Positions 1 to 9,738 of a stretch of 64,000 nucleotides of DNA are shown piece by piece. The position numbers and the translations under genes are program-made. Under the pieces are notes generated by a model. It searched no databases. It was not told where the DNA came from and saw nothing but the letters and a program-made list of their open reading frames with translations. The stretch spans positions 1,088,001 through 1,152,000 of the forward strand of contig CAVXLD010000001.1 in NCBI GenBank assembly GCA_963762565.1, in the 5' to 3' direction. Source of the stretch: an uncultured Verrucomicrobiae bacterium (lineage in GTDB: Bacteria > Verrucomicrobiota > Verrucomicrobiia > Chthoniobacterales > JAFAMB01). Position 1 is the stretch's first letter. Each line of letters begins with the position of its first letter.

Positions 1-165
1 CTCCGCAAAAGTGCCCGCCGTTGCTCCCGGCGTTTGCGCCACCCAGTTCGCTACTTCCTTCTTTTTGGGGTCCCGTGTCCCCATCATCACTTGATGACCA
101 TGTTTCAAAAAGCCCGCTCCCAAAGTTTGCCCGACTTCTCCTGAGCCTAATATTGCCACTTTCAT
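1..165 (-). CDS. NAD(P)-binding oxidoreductase (NADPH-dependent F420 reductase-like), 5' part; runs off the window edge
   Basis: Manual translation from ATG at 165: MKVAILGSGEVGQTLGAGFLKHGHQVMMGTRDP...; Rossmann GxGxxG motif followed by G-T-R. Confidence 0.75.
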   Translation of the reverse strand, partial: MKVAILGSGEVGQTLGAGFLKHGHQVMMGTRDPKKKEVANWVAQTPGATAGTFAE

Positions 166-274
166 ATTTGGTTTCTACAGCAAGGACACCAAGTTCACAA
201 AGGGGCGTTGCACAACCAAGCGCAGACAAAACAACCGCGAATGGACGCGGATGGATCCGCTTCGGTCGGAACCC

Positions 275-301
275 GTGGAGCGCTGCCTCGCTTGCGAGGC
301 C
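275..301 (+). repeat. REP-like palindromic repeat, family A (GTGGAGCGCTGCCTYGCTTGCRAGGCC); representative copy
   Basis: Hairpin core GCCTCGC-TT-GCGAGGC; further copies at about 2549, 3608, 3675, 9814, 9856, 9898, 12107, 12214, 12321, 12428, 14459 (reverse) and 20109. Confidence 0.9.
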
Positions 302-580
302 GTGGTGAACAAAGGAACGCGCGATGCATGTCACATTTCGGTCTGCGCTCTGCGTCGCTACCTCTGCCTCTTCACACGCTAGAGCGCAGGCGGCCGATCC
401 GCGTGTCTCGTCCTTAGACCTGCTTCCCGCCGCCATACCAAGAAAAAGGGCCTCGCGCAGTCGTCGCAGCGGACGCAGAGGTAAAGAAGAGGGAGTCCTG
501 CAAAAAATCTGAACCTGTTAATAGCAGCTCTCGCCGGCCGACCGCTTAAAGCTAAGAACTAAGTCTACCTCTGCGCGAGG

Positions 581-1522
581 TCACTCGTCTGGATATTCTT
601 CCACCTGAAGCGTTAGCGCCCAGAACTCTTGCAGTCTTTGCGCCGCGAGATTCAAGCCGTTCCATTCCTCGTCGTACAAAACGGTTTCTAAAACTTCCTC
701 GTTAGCCCGGCTAAACGGGTTTCGCATGACGAGATAGATCGTAGCCGAGCCACCGCCCCGCGCAGGAGACAGCCGGACTAGCTTGATACCGGTGCAACGA
801 TTGCTTTCCCAAAACACCGCGGAGCCCGGGAGATACCAACCAAGTTTTTGGCGAAAGCCGTCACGCCAGCAGACCAATTGGTTCGTCGATAAGCGTCCTT
901 TTCGCCAAGCCGGGAAAAGGCCCGATCCGCCGTAGCGAAACGGGTGCGTAGCCAGCGACCGATCCGCCCGGTGCGGCTGCGAAAATTCCAGTCGGTCCGT
1001 TAATGGTAGAGACATTAAGTAGTTGTATTCGTCCGCCATAAGAGGTGTCACCGGATCGATCTGAACTCGGAAAGAGCATTTCTCCCACAGCCCGGGATGC
1101 CTTTGATAGAGTGGATTGTAGCCGCGGGTCTTCTCCCGAATAAACGTTGTCAGTTCCAAGCTTGCGCCGCCGAATACCCAATTGTGTGACCACGTATTCA
1201 CGGCAGCCCCGATCTCCGGAGTTCCGAACAACGCCGAGAACCGTTCCAATGCCAAGTGATGGTTCGCGAGTGCCTTGCCGGTAAAATCGAAATCACAACA
1301 GAACTCAGCCGGCGGCACCAACGTAGTCGGCGTGTGACAACGGACAAAATATCTTTCCCTGTTTTCCGGAAAGAGAGGTGACGGCGGTAAATAGATCGCG
1401 TCGATAAAATCGTACCATCGCCTTACACCATATTGCTGCCCCAGCTGCTCGACCGTTCGGGCACCATCAACCGCGGTCAACCCGCGTTCCCGCAAGAATC
1501 GAAGGAAACACTCTTCTGTCAT
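581..1522 (-). CDS. hypothetical protein
   Basis: 313-aa ORF with GGAG RBS upstream; no motif recognised. Confidence 0.65.
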   Translation of the reverse strand: MTEECFLRFLRERGLTAVDGARTVEQLGQQYGVRRWYDFIDAIYLPPSPLFPENRERYFVRCHTPTTLVPPAEFCCDFDFTGKALANHHLALERFSALFGTPEIGAAVNTWSHNWVFGGASLELTTFIREKTRGYNPLYQRHPGLWEKCSFRVQIDPVTPLMADEYNYLMSLPLTDRLEFSQPHRADRSLATHPFRYGGSGLFPAWRKGRLSTNQLVCWRDGFRQKLGWYLPGSAVFWESNRCTGIKLVRLSPARGGGSATIYLVMRNPFSRANEEVLETVLYDEEWNGLNLAAQRLQEFWALTLQVEEYPDE

Positions 1523-1594
1523 TCCGACTCCTTTTTTTGCGCCTTTTCGCGGCTATTCCATCCGCTTTGTGAGATTTTTTGTGCCTCTTTGCGG

Positions 1595-2491
1595 CTATCC
1601 CGAATTCATTTTCGCGTTCGCCAGCACAAACTTCCTAAACTCTTCGACCACCGCAGGCGCCGGCTTTTTGCGCCAGACCAAAGCAATCTCAGAGATCGGA
1701 ACCTTATCGCGGACCTTACAGCCGGTGACCGCCGCCCTGCTGTTCTTCACCGCGGACGCCGGTAACAATGAAATACCCGCACCCGAAGCCACCAATGAAA
1801 TCAAGGTCGGCATCTCACCAGCCACCTGCGATACTGCCGGAATCACCCCAGCTTGGTTAAGAATTCCTAAGACGAAATCGTGAAATCCAGGGGCGTGCGC
1901 CCGAGCGTAGAGAACATAGGTCTCATTAGCGGTGTCGCGAAGACGAACAGCGGACCTAGGGGCCAGAGCATGAGATGACGGAACAACGAGCACAAACTCT
2001 TCTTGATGGATTGGCGCTGCCTCCAGACTTGGCCCCAGGTTAAACGGCATCCGTAAAAACCCAAGATCAATTGAGCCTTCCTCCAGCATGGGACCTTGAT
2101 CAGCGGTGAGGATGTTGCGCAGTGAAAATTCAACCAGCGGATTCAGCTTCCGATATTGATTGATCAGGTTGGGAATCAGGTAGGTACCGGCGGTGGAAAC
2201 GAAACCCAGCCGCACCACCCCAAGCTTGCCTTGCGCCGCCAACCGTGCGTTTTGGATTGCCTGTTCCAATTGCGCAAGCCCGCCAGCAGCTTCTCTTTGA
2301 AACGCCGCCCCCGCCGTGGTTAAGGACGTTTTTCGTCGATCCCGTTCAAAGAGTTTCACTCCGATCTCGTGCTCCAGCGCCTGGATCTGCAGGGTCAAAG
2401 CCGGCTGGCTCAGATGCACAATCTCTGCCGTGCGACTGAAATTCAGTGTCTTAGCCAGCGAAAGAAACGAACGAATGTGTCGAAGTTCCAC
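1595..2491 (-). CDS. LysR-family transcriptional regulator
   Basis: N-terminal HTH (LNFSRTAEIVHLSQPALTLQIQALEHEIGVKLFER) plus substrate-binding domain; divergent from the hydrolase gene. Confidence 0.95.
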   Translation of the reverse strand: MELRHIRSFLSLAKTLNFSRTAEIVHLSQPALTLQIQALEHEIGVKLFERDRRKTSLTTAGAAFQREAAGGLAQLEQAIQNARLAAQGKLGVVRLGFVSTAGTYLIPNLINQYRKLNPLVEFSLRNILTADQGPMLEEGSIDLGFLRMPFNLGPSLEAAPIHQEEFVLVVPSSHALAPRSAVRLRDTANETYVLYARAHAPGFHDFVLGILNQAGVIPAVSQVAGEMPTLISLVASGAGISLLPASAVKNSRAAVTGCKVRDKVPISEIALVWRKKPAPAVVEEFRKFVLANAKMNSG

Positions 2492-2780
2492 GCTGAAACT
2501 TATTTGGTTTGTCTATAACCCGCTACACCGAAAACGCGGTCGGCACCCGTGGAGCGCTGCCTCGCTTGCGAGGCCGTGGTGAACAGGGAGACATCGTTGC
2601 ATAATGCCCCGGCCGCGCAGCGCTCTACCGTTCGGACCAAGAATGCTAGCCAGGAATGTGCTGAAGTCCCACGTTCGGAGCTTATTTGGTCTACTTATAA
2701 GTCGCTACATGGAATTCAATTTCAAAAGCGCTGCAGCCACGCCGATTAACAGACCATCAACTTAATTTGGAGAGTCTAAT

Positions 2781-3557
2781 ATGATATTAAATCGCTTCAG
2801 AAATTGGTTACTGTTAGCTGCTAGTTCCTTTGTGCTGGCCGGTTCCGCTCTTGCCGGGTCTTCGACCAAAAACGTCGTGCTGGTGCATGGCGCCTTTGTT
2901 GATGGATCAGGCTGGCAACCTGTCTACGATATCCTCGTACACGATGGATACCACGTGACTCTAGTCCAGGAGCCACTCAGCTCTTTGGAGGACGATGTTG
3001 CCGCCACCCGCCGTATCCTCGATCGACAGGATGGTCCTACCGTCTTGGTTGCCCATAGTTACGGCGGCACCGTTATCACGGAGGCGGGTAATCATCCTAA
3101 GGTCGCAGCGTTGGTCTATATAGCTGCTCATGCGCCGGATGTGGGCGAGACCGAAGCTGGCAACGGCAAAAATTTCCCCAACGGCAGCCGGCCGCTGGTA
3201 CAGACTTCCGATGGCTACCTCTTGCTTGATCCGAAAAATTTTCCTGCGGATTTCGCGGCTGACCTGCCGGCTGCGCAAGCCGACTTCATGGCACACGCTC
3301 AAATACTCACTGCGGCTAAGGTCTTCACCACGCCCGTCACCAGCCCGGCCTGGAAGGTCAAACCCAGCTGGTACATGGTGGCTCAAAAGGATAAGACCAT
3401 TAATCCTGACTTGGAACGGATGTACGCCGAGCGCGCTCACAGCCACAAAGTTGAGGCCGAAGGAGCCAGCCATGCGGTTTATATTTCGCACGCCAAAGAA
3501 GTAGCCGCTCTGATCGAAGAAGCTGCCGGTCAGGCCCGTGTCGCCGGCTCTCATTAG
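2781..3557 (+). CDS. secreted alpha/beta-fold hydrolase
   Basis: Signal peptide; VVLVHGAF; nucleophile elbow AHSYGG; C-terminal catalytic His (GASHA). Confidence 0.9.
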   Translation: MILNRFRNWLLLAASSFVLAGSALAGSSTKNVVLVHGAFVDGSGWQPVYDILVHDGYHVTLVQEPLSSLEDDVAATRRILDRQDGPTVLVAHSYGGTVITEAGNHPKVAALVYIAAHAPDVGETEAGNGKNFPNGSRPLVQTSDGYLLLDPKNFPADFAADLPAAQADFMAHAQILTAAKVFTTPVTSPAWKVKPSWYMVAQKDKTINPDLERMYAERAHSHKVEAEGASHAVYISHAKEVAALIEEAAGQARVAGSH

Positions 3558-3823
3558 TCGACACAGAAGATCACAAAGACCACGGAGACAAAAGATGTGC
3601 AGCACACGTGGAGCGTGCCTTGCTTGCAAGGCCGCAGCGGTTGGCACCGTGGAGGGAGCCAGCAGGCGCCAGCCGTGGAGCGTGCCTCGCTTGCGAGGCC
3701 GACCTTCAGCGTGTGACATCTTCCAACGTTTCGGTCGCGGATCGAGCGGCCTCTCCTATTCACAGGAAGTTGTCGAGCGAGTCCACCAGGACTTACAGAC
3801 GCGCTGAGGTTGAAATAACCAGC

Positions 3824-4408
3824 TCAGTGTTCGCTACCGATCGCATTGTCTACGCATCGAGTCAGCTCCTGCTGCAAAAGCCGGCGCGCTCTGCTTAAAC
3901 GCGACATGACGGTTCCTAACGGTATGTTAAGTGCAGTTGCTATTGTCTTGTAAGACCAGCCCTCGAACTCAAAAAGAGCCAAGGTCTCACGAAACTCCGC
4001 TGGCAGCCGCTTCACGGCTTGCTCGATCAGATGGGCCTCCCTTTCCCGATACGGCTCGGATGGCGCCACTAACACTCGCGTAGCGTGGATCTCATCGTCA
4101 AATGGAACCAACTTCTCTTCCGATCGACGCTTTTTTTTGATCCAGCTGTAGGCTGTGTTGCGGACAATGGTCAGCAGCCAAGCGCGCGCGTTATTCCCGC
4201 GAAATCTCGAAAATCCCTTTAGCGCACGAATGTAGGCGTCTTGGACAATATCCTGTGCATCCTGATCTTCACCGGCGATCCAATGGGCGAGATTATAGGC
4301 CGCGTCTAGGTGAGGCAGAAAAAGCTCTTCGAAATGAGACCTGTGTTCTGAAGAAGTCGTTCCCAAGACATCCCCAAGGTTTAATACTGAAGTTGATGCC
4401 GGGAGCAA
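3824..4408 (-). CDS. ECF sigma-70 family RNA polymerase sigma factor
   Basis: Region 2 (DAQDIVQDAYIRA, ARAWLLTIVRN) and region 4 (SYKTIATALNIPLGTVMSRLSRAR); start uncertain. Confidence 0.9.
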   Translation of the reverse strand: MLPASTSVLNLGDVLGTTSSEHRSHFEELFLPHLDAAYNLAHWIAGEDQDAQDIVQDAYIRALKGFSRFRGNNARAWLLTIVRNTAYSWIKKKRRSEEKLVPFDDEIHATRVLVAPSEPYREREAHLIEQAVKRLPAEFRETLALFEFEGWSYKTIATALNIPLGTVMSRLSRARRLLQQELTRCVDNAIGSEH

Positions 4409-4749
4409 ACGTTCCTGATGCTCCCGATGTCCGCTAGAGAGCAGACAATTGGTTTTGAAGTCTAAGGACTGCTAGATGGTATCGAACAGATTCATACTTC
4501 TATGGATACTTTTTACGGGGATTCTTTGTTGAAGGCTTTTCTTAAGTGGCCCCGGTTTAGTTACAGGTATTACATGGCGCAATAGCCGTGTCAAACGGTC
4601 CTCGGCAGCGATTGGCCAAGCGCCAGCCCGTTTCTCGTCGTGCTAAATTCACGATCCGGGAATAACCCTGCAGCAGGCGAAGTCTTTTTATTTGAGGAAA
4701 CGAATGTCAACATCCTTGCAGGCGTTGCCTCGAATAAACCGTTGCAATT

Positions 4750-5364
4750 ATGAAAGTCTCAGATGTTTTTTGTCGGCTGCTGCCGGTAGCGATTCTTGTT
4801 ATGTCACCGTTCACCGTAGCGCGTGCGATGCATGGTGGTGGCGGAATGGGAGGTCACGGATTGGGAGGTCATGGAATGGCATCACATTCTTTCGGCAGTC
4901 GTGGATCTAGCCGTTTTGGTGCAAACCGCAATTTCGCATTTTTTCATCACGATTTCGATCACGGCGGCCGATTTTTCCGTGATCGCGATGATTTCTTCTT
5001 CCGGCACCGTTTCTTCGTTGGTTTTGACTTCGCGGCATTTGGATTCCCTGGCTGGTGGTACCCTTATTACGACTCGTATCCGTATCCCGATGCCTACTAT
5101 GGCGACTCGGCTTCCTACAGTGACGAACCATCGTCATACGGCGGCGACCCTGCATCGTATGGAACCCAATATTGGAGTAACCTAGCGATTTCAGTGCAGA
5201 CGAAACTCGCCCAGCAGAGTTACTACCATGGGAGCATAGATGGCGTACTTGGACCGGCCAGCCAGCTAGCAATCAAAGAGTATCAAGCCGCGCATAAAAT
5301 CCGAGTCACGGGCAGGATTGACCCCAAATTACTAAAGTCGTTAGGCATTAGTTATAAGGCGTAA
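4750..5364 (+). CDS. secreted Gly/His-rich protein with C-terminal peptidoglycan-binding domain
   Basis: Signal peptide, low-complexity middle, PG_binding_1-like tail VQTKLAQQSYYHGSIDGVLGPASQLAIKEYQ...VTGRID. Confidence 0.85.
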   Translation: MKVSDVFCRLLPVAILVMSPFTVARAMHGGGGMGGHGLGGHGMASHSFGSRGSSRFGANRNFAFFHHDFDHGGRFFRDRDDFFFRHRFFVGFDFAAFGFPGWWYPYYDSYPYPDAYYGDSASYSDEPSSYGGDPASYGTQYWSNLAISVQTKLAQQSYYHGSIDGVLGPASQLAIKEYQAAHKIRVTGRIDPKLLKSLGISYKA

Positions 5365-5473
5365 AAACGAGTCGGGATCGAGACCAATCAGAAGGTGCAG
5401 ATCTCGTCCAGGCGGGGACAGGTGACCGCGAAAGTATTCATCAAGCGCACTCACTTTCCCCGCCTTCTGCGTC

Positions 5474-5526
5474 CTTTGCGTCCCTTGGCCGACGTAGCTA
5501 AAGGGGGAGATGGGGCGAAGTCTGCT
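5474..5526. repeat. ~52-bp dispersed repeat; inverted near-identical copy at 30414-30465
   Basis: CTTTGCGTCCCTTGGCCGACGTAGCTAAAGGGGGAGATGGGGCGAAGTCTGCT matches the reverse complement of 30414-30465. Confidence 0.8.
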
Positions 5527-5545
5527 CCGCGCGAGGCTTCTAGTT

Positions 5546-6514
5546 TTATGTCCTTTTGAACTGTGCGTAAAGGGCATCAAAACATTCGAAGCCTTTGCTG
5601 AGGATCTGCTGATCGGTCAAACCTTGCTTTGCCCAACCCTTGAAGATTTGTTCAACTCCGAAGCCTTCGACCCGGTGAAACTTTTCATCCTCCAGATCCG
5701 CGTCGTGGATTAGCTCCGCGATTCTCAAAACCGCGCGATCCCGAATGGCGAATCGTCCGATAAACGTTTCGAACGTACACGCGTCGGCGTGATGGCTGAA
5801 CTCAACTTCAAACATGTCGTACGGTATCGCTTCAGGAGCTGCTGCCGGCGTATTAGCGAAGACGAACTTCGCGTCCCGGTCGATAAACTTAGTAATTAGC
5901 CAGGCCGAGCCCACCCGATCGATTTCGGGTCGAGGCCGCGTGACCCAGGTTTTTCCGCGAAAATCCTCGACTCGAAGCCGAGCCTTGGTTTCTGTTTTTT
6001 TTTGGTGAGCTCCTAGTAATTCGGCTTTCTGAAGCAGAGCTCGTATGTCTTCACCGCGTGTGCTCTGGAAGTAGTCTATCTCTTGGATCTCCTGAAAGCT
6101 TCTGCGGACTTTTTCTAACTGACCTTCAAAGGCCTCAGCGAGCATTTTGCGAGCTTTTCTTTGCTTAATCAGCTGAGTTAAGGGCTGGATAATCTCGTCG
6201 TAGTCACGAGCACGAGCCTCATTGAACAAAGCGACCACCGCCGCGTACGGCATTCCCTCGATGTCCTTAACGCGCACCAGAGTGGCTTCACCGCCGCTGT
6301 CATCAATTTCTTTCGCCAGCCACTGAAACCGCTCGTAGTGAGCCGGCTCATCCGGGAGCACGTAGGTGGAGGTTTTAAGTTGGACGGCGCCAAATTTCTT
6401 TAACCGGCGCCAAACCTTAACCCGTTCACTGGCGTGCTTGGCGGGTAGATTGAATAGTAAAAAGAGCCAAGCGGCCGAGGTCTCAGACGAAATTGATCTT
6501 TCTTTCTGTGACAC
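5546..6514 (-). CDS. chrB: chromate resistance protein ChrB-like
   Basis: N-terminal RVKVWRRLKKFGAV domain; C-terminal WVTRPRPEIDRVGSAWLITKFIDRDAKFVF and FSHHADACTFE motifs. Confidence 0.85.
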   Translation of the reverse strand: MSQKERSISSETSAAWLFLLFNLPAKHASERVKVWRRLKKFGAVQLKTSTYVLPDEPAHYERFQWLAKEIDDSGGEATLVRVKDIEGMPYAAVVALFNEARARDYDEIIQPLTQLIKQRKARKMLAEAFEGQLEKVRRSFQEIQEIDYFQSTRGEDIRALLQKAELLGAHQKKTETKARLRVEDFRGKTWVTRPRPEIDRVGSAWLITKFIDRDAKFVFANTPAAAPEAIPYDMFEVEFSHHADACTFETFIGRFAIRDRAVLRIAELIHDADLEDEKFHRVEGFGVEQIFKGWAKQGLTDQQILSKGFECFDALYAQFKRT

Positions 6515-6718
6515 GTATAACAGCCGGCATAATGGAAACCGGATACGCTGTCAACGGTTTTGGATCTATCCTTTTTCTTCTGCGTCCTTTGCGCCCTCTG
6601 CGTCAGGCCTTCATCTTACGCTATCTTATTTGAATTCCTTATTACAGGACGCAAAACAAACAATTTCCATTATCTGAGGCCCTGCCGGTAATTGAGGCAT
6701 CAGCAAACGAATAGCCCA

Positions 6719-7192
6719 ATGAAGACACCACCAGAATCTAACCCAACGACGAGTTCCGCCGGAACCGCGAATGATCTGTATGTCACCAAAGTCACCGCCT
6801 CCGGAGGCCGTCACGGCCACATCCGCAGCCACGACGGGCTGCTTGATCTGAAGCTGGCCCTGCCCCGTGAACTCGGCGGCAAGGGAGATGCCACTAACCC
6901 GGAGCAACTTTTTGCCGGCGGTTATGCCGCCTGCTTCGAAAACGCGCTTCTACGCGTGAGTCGTGAGGCCGGGCTGAGATTCGCCGACCCAGACGTCGAA
7001 GTCACTGCTGAAGTTGGTATCCGTCGCAACGACTCCGGCACTTTCGTGCTGTCCGCCGCACTCGTGATCACGATCACGGGAGTGGACCAGAAAAAGGCCG
7101 AAGACCTGGTTGAGTCCGCCCACAAAATCTGCCCCTATTCCAACGCTATTCGGGGCAACGTCGACGTTAAGACCACCGTTTCGGTTCGCTGA
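6719..7192 (+). CDS. ohr: organic hydroperoxide resistance protein (Ohr/OsmC family)
   Basis: TNPEQLFAGGYAACF and AHKICPYSNAIRGN with both catalytic Cys. Confidence 0.95.
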   Translation: MKTPPESNPTTSSAGTANDLYVTKVTASGGRHGHIRSHDGLLDLKLALPRELGGKGDATNPEQLFAGGYAACFENALLRVSREAGLRFADPDVEVTAEVGIRRNDSGTFVLSAALVITITGVDQKKAEDLVESAHKICPYSNAIRGNVDVKTTVSVR

Positions 7193-7244
7193 GCACACTT
7201 GCTCTTCATTGAGCACACTTGCTCATCACTGAGCAAACTTGCTC
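7191..7244. repeat. three palindromic 14-mers (GAGCA-MACT-TGCTC) at a 20-bp period between ohr and azoR
   Basis: Copies at 7191, 7211 and 7231. Confidence 0.85.
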
Positions 7245-7265
7245 TTTAATACGAGGCATCAAACG

Positions 7266-7898
7266 ATGTATTTACTTAACATCCAATCGTCGCCGCGCCG
7301 GTCCCGGTCCGCTTCCATCGCAGTCGCTGACGCGTTTGTTGAAACGTACCGTCAAGTTTGTCCGGAGGTCATCGTGGACACGCTGAACGTTTGGGAAGAG
7401 AACCTCCCGGAGTTCGATCAGGAAGCCATCGGTGCAAAATACAAAGGAATTAACAAAGAACCGATGAACGAGGCCGAACAAAAAGTTTGGGATCGAATCC
7501 AGAAGCTGGTTGCACGTTTCAAACGCGCAGATCGCCTCGTGATTGGTGTGCCAATGTGGAACTTTGCTTATCCCTATAAGCTCAAGCAACTGATCGATCT
7601 AGTGGCCCAACGTAACATGCTCTTTACCTACGACGGCAGAACGTACGGCCCATTGCTGCAGACGCCGCGCGCGCTGTTGATCCTCACGCGGGGCGGCGAG
7701 TACGCCGAAGATTTGCCAACCCCGCCATCGCGCTTCGACCACCAGAAAAGCTACTTTGAGTTCTGGCTGCCATTGATTGGGGTTCGGGAAGTAGAGACTT
7801 TAGTGGTGGAGCGGACGTCGTGGGCTGGGGAGGAAAAAGGGAAGTATAGTGTCGAGCAAGGCAAGGAAGCGGCCAGAAAGTTAGCCACGCATTTCTAA
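7266..7898 (+). CDS. azoR: FMN-dependent NADH-azoreductase
   Basis: LLNIQSSPR N-terminus, PMWNFAYPYKLKQLID, LTRGGEY motifs. Confidence 0.9.
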   Translation: MYLLNIQSSPRRSRSASIAVADAFVETYRQVCPEVIVDTLNVWEENLPEFDQEAIGAKYKGINKEPMNEAEQKVWDRIQKLVARFKRADRLVIGVPMWNFAYPYKLKQLIDLVAQRNMLFTYDGRTYGPLLQTPRALLILTRGGEYAEDLPTPPSRFDHQKSYFEFWLPLIGVREVETLVVERTSWAGEEKGKYSVEQGKEAARKLATHF

Positions 7899-8029
7899 GC
7901 AAGTAAGAAAACAACCGCGAATGGACACGAATAAAACCCTGAGCTCAACCGCAGATGGACGCGGATTTACGCAGATAGATTTTCGGACCGAGCGCTCATT
8001 TTGCTGCATTTTATCTGCGTCTATCTGTG

Positions 8030-8058
8030 CCTGTCACGCCGTAGCTTGCGGAGGCGGA
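8030..8058. repeat. ~30-bp mini-palindrome, family C (CYTGTC..CGTAGC.TT.GCG.AGG.GGA); representative copy
   Basis: Related copies at 9916-9946 (reverse), 20126-20155 (reverse) and 36314-36343. Confidence 0.7.
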
Positions 8059-8079
8059 TCCATTCGCGGTTAAGAAAGT

Positions 8080-9738
8080 ATGGCTCACCAATCATCACAG
8101 GCTCTATCGCAGTCTTGGACCACCCGGCGCGACGAAAAGCGTCGTCGTCTCGAAAGTATCCGGCCCTGGATGCAAGGCCCGATCTTGTCACCCAGTAAGA
8201 TCGTCGACGCCCTCGAGTTGTTGATTAAGAGCAGAGATCGCGTTGTCCTGGAAGGCGACAACCAAAAGCAAGCAGACTTCCTTTCCCGATCGCTGGTGAA
8301 AGTCGATCCAACGAAATTCCAGGACTTACACCTGATCATTTCAAGCATTAGCCGGCCGGAACACCTCACGCTTTTTGAGCTCGGTATCGCGAAGAAAGTC
8401 GACTTTTCTTTTGCCGGGCCACAGAGTCTGCGCCTCGCCCAGTTATTGGAGGACGGCAAGGTCGAGATCGGAGCAATCCATACCTATGTTGAACTCTATG
8501 CCAGGTTGCTGGTCGATCTCATCCCGGATGTGGTGCTGGTCTGTGCCGAACAGGCTGACGAACAAGGCAATCTTTACACCGGACCCAACACAGAGGATAC
8601 GCCTGTCATCGTCGAAGCAGCGGCTTTTCACGACGGCATCGTCATCGCGCAAGTTAACCAGATCACTGACTCATTACCGCGCGTCGACATTCCCGGTTCA
8701 TGGGTGGATGTGGTCGTTCAGGCCGACCGCCCTTTCGCGATAGAACCGTTATTTACCCGGAACCCACGCCAGATCGATGACCTGCAAATTCTGATGGGAA
8801 TGATGGTGATCCGAGGGATCTATGAACGCCACAACGTCCAGTCTCTCAATCACGGCATCGGTTTCGGTACCGCCGCGATCGAGCTACTCCTCCCCACGTA
8901 TGGTGAATCGCTGGGGCTAAAGGGAAAAATTTGCCAACATTGGGCGTTGAACCCGCACCCAACGCTCATCCCGGCGATCGAAAGCGGTTGGGTCAAGAGC
9001 GTCCATTGCTTTGGGAGCGAGGTCGGTATGGATGATTATATCGCCGCTCGCCCCGACATTTTCTTCACTGGCAGAGATGGACGGCTCCGCTCAAATCGGG
9101 TCCTTTGCCAGTTAGCCGGCCAATACGCGGTTGATGCCTTTATTGGATCCACTCTCCAAATGGACGGAGACGCGAACTCTTCAACGGTGACAAAGGGTCG
9201 ATTGGCCGGTTTTGGCGGTGCACCAAATATGGGGCACGATCCTCACGGCAGACGTCACGCTTCGCCAGCCTGGCTCGATCTTATCCCTTCGCCGAGCCCG
9301 GTTGCTCGTGGACGCAAGCTCGTGGTCCAAGTTGTTGAAACCTTTCATAGCGGCGCTTCTCCTGCATTCGTTGAGACGTTGGATGCGGTTTCTGTCGGCC
9401 AGAAGGCTGGGATGCCAATAGCTCCCATCATGATCTACGGCGATGATGTCAGCCACGTGGTGACCGAGGAAGGAATCGCCTACCTCTATAAAGCGGATGG
9501 CCAAGAAGAACGCCGGCGCGCACTTGCCGCCGTTGCCGGTGTCAGCCCGATCGGTCTAAAAGCAAAACCGGAAGAAACTGCGGCTTTGCGCAAACGAGGG
9601 ATCGTCGCCTATCCCGAGGACATTGGTGTGCATCGTCTTCAGGCGAATCGTTCACTGCTGGCAGCGCGAAGCATGGAAGATCTTGTGGCCTGGTCAGGCG
9701 GCCTCTACCAGCCTCCGGCGCGATTCAAGAGCTGGTAA
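8080..9738 (+). CDS. mdcA: malonate decarboxylase alpha subunit
   Basis: VVLEGDNQKQADFL, GFGGAPNMGHDP and C-terminal GLYQPPARFKSW; first gene of the mdc operon. Confidence 0.97.
   Translation: MAHQSSQALSQSWTTRRDEKRRRLESIRPWMQGPILSPSKIVDALELLIKSRDRVVLEGDNQKQADFLSRSLVKVDPTKFQDLHLIISSISRPEHLTLFELGIAKKVDFSFAGPQSLRLAQLLEDGKVEIGAIHTYVELYARLLVDLIPDVVLVCAEQADEQGNLYTGPNTEDTPVIVEAAAFHDGIVIAQVNQITDSLPRVDIPGSWVDVVVQADRPFAIEPLFTRNPRQIDDLQILMGMMVIRGIYERHNVQSLNHGIGFGTAAIELLLPTYGESLGLKGKICQHWALNPHPTLIPAIESGWVKSVHCFGSEVGMDDYIAARPDIFFTGRDGRLRSNRVLCQLAGQYAVDAFIGSTLQMDGDANSSTVTKGRLAGFGGAPNMGHDPHGRRHASPAWLDLIPSPSPVARGRKLVVQVVETFHSGASPAFVETLDAVSVGQKAGMPIAPIMIYGDDVSHVVTEEGIAYLYKADGQEERRRALAAVAGVSPIGLKAKPEETAALRKRGIVAYPEDIGVHRLQANRSLLAARSMEDLVAWSGGLYQPPARFKSW

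Noticed and set aside
4828..4900. Gly-rich stretch as another RiPP precursor
   Set aside because: It is a low-complexity linker of a peptidoglycan-binding protein with no maturase nearby
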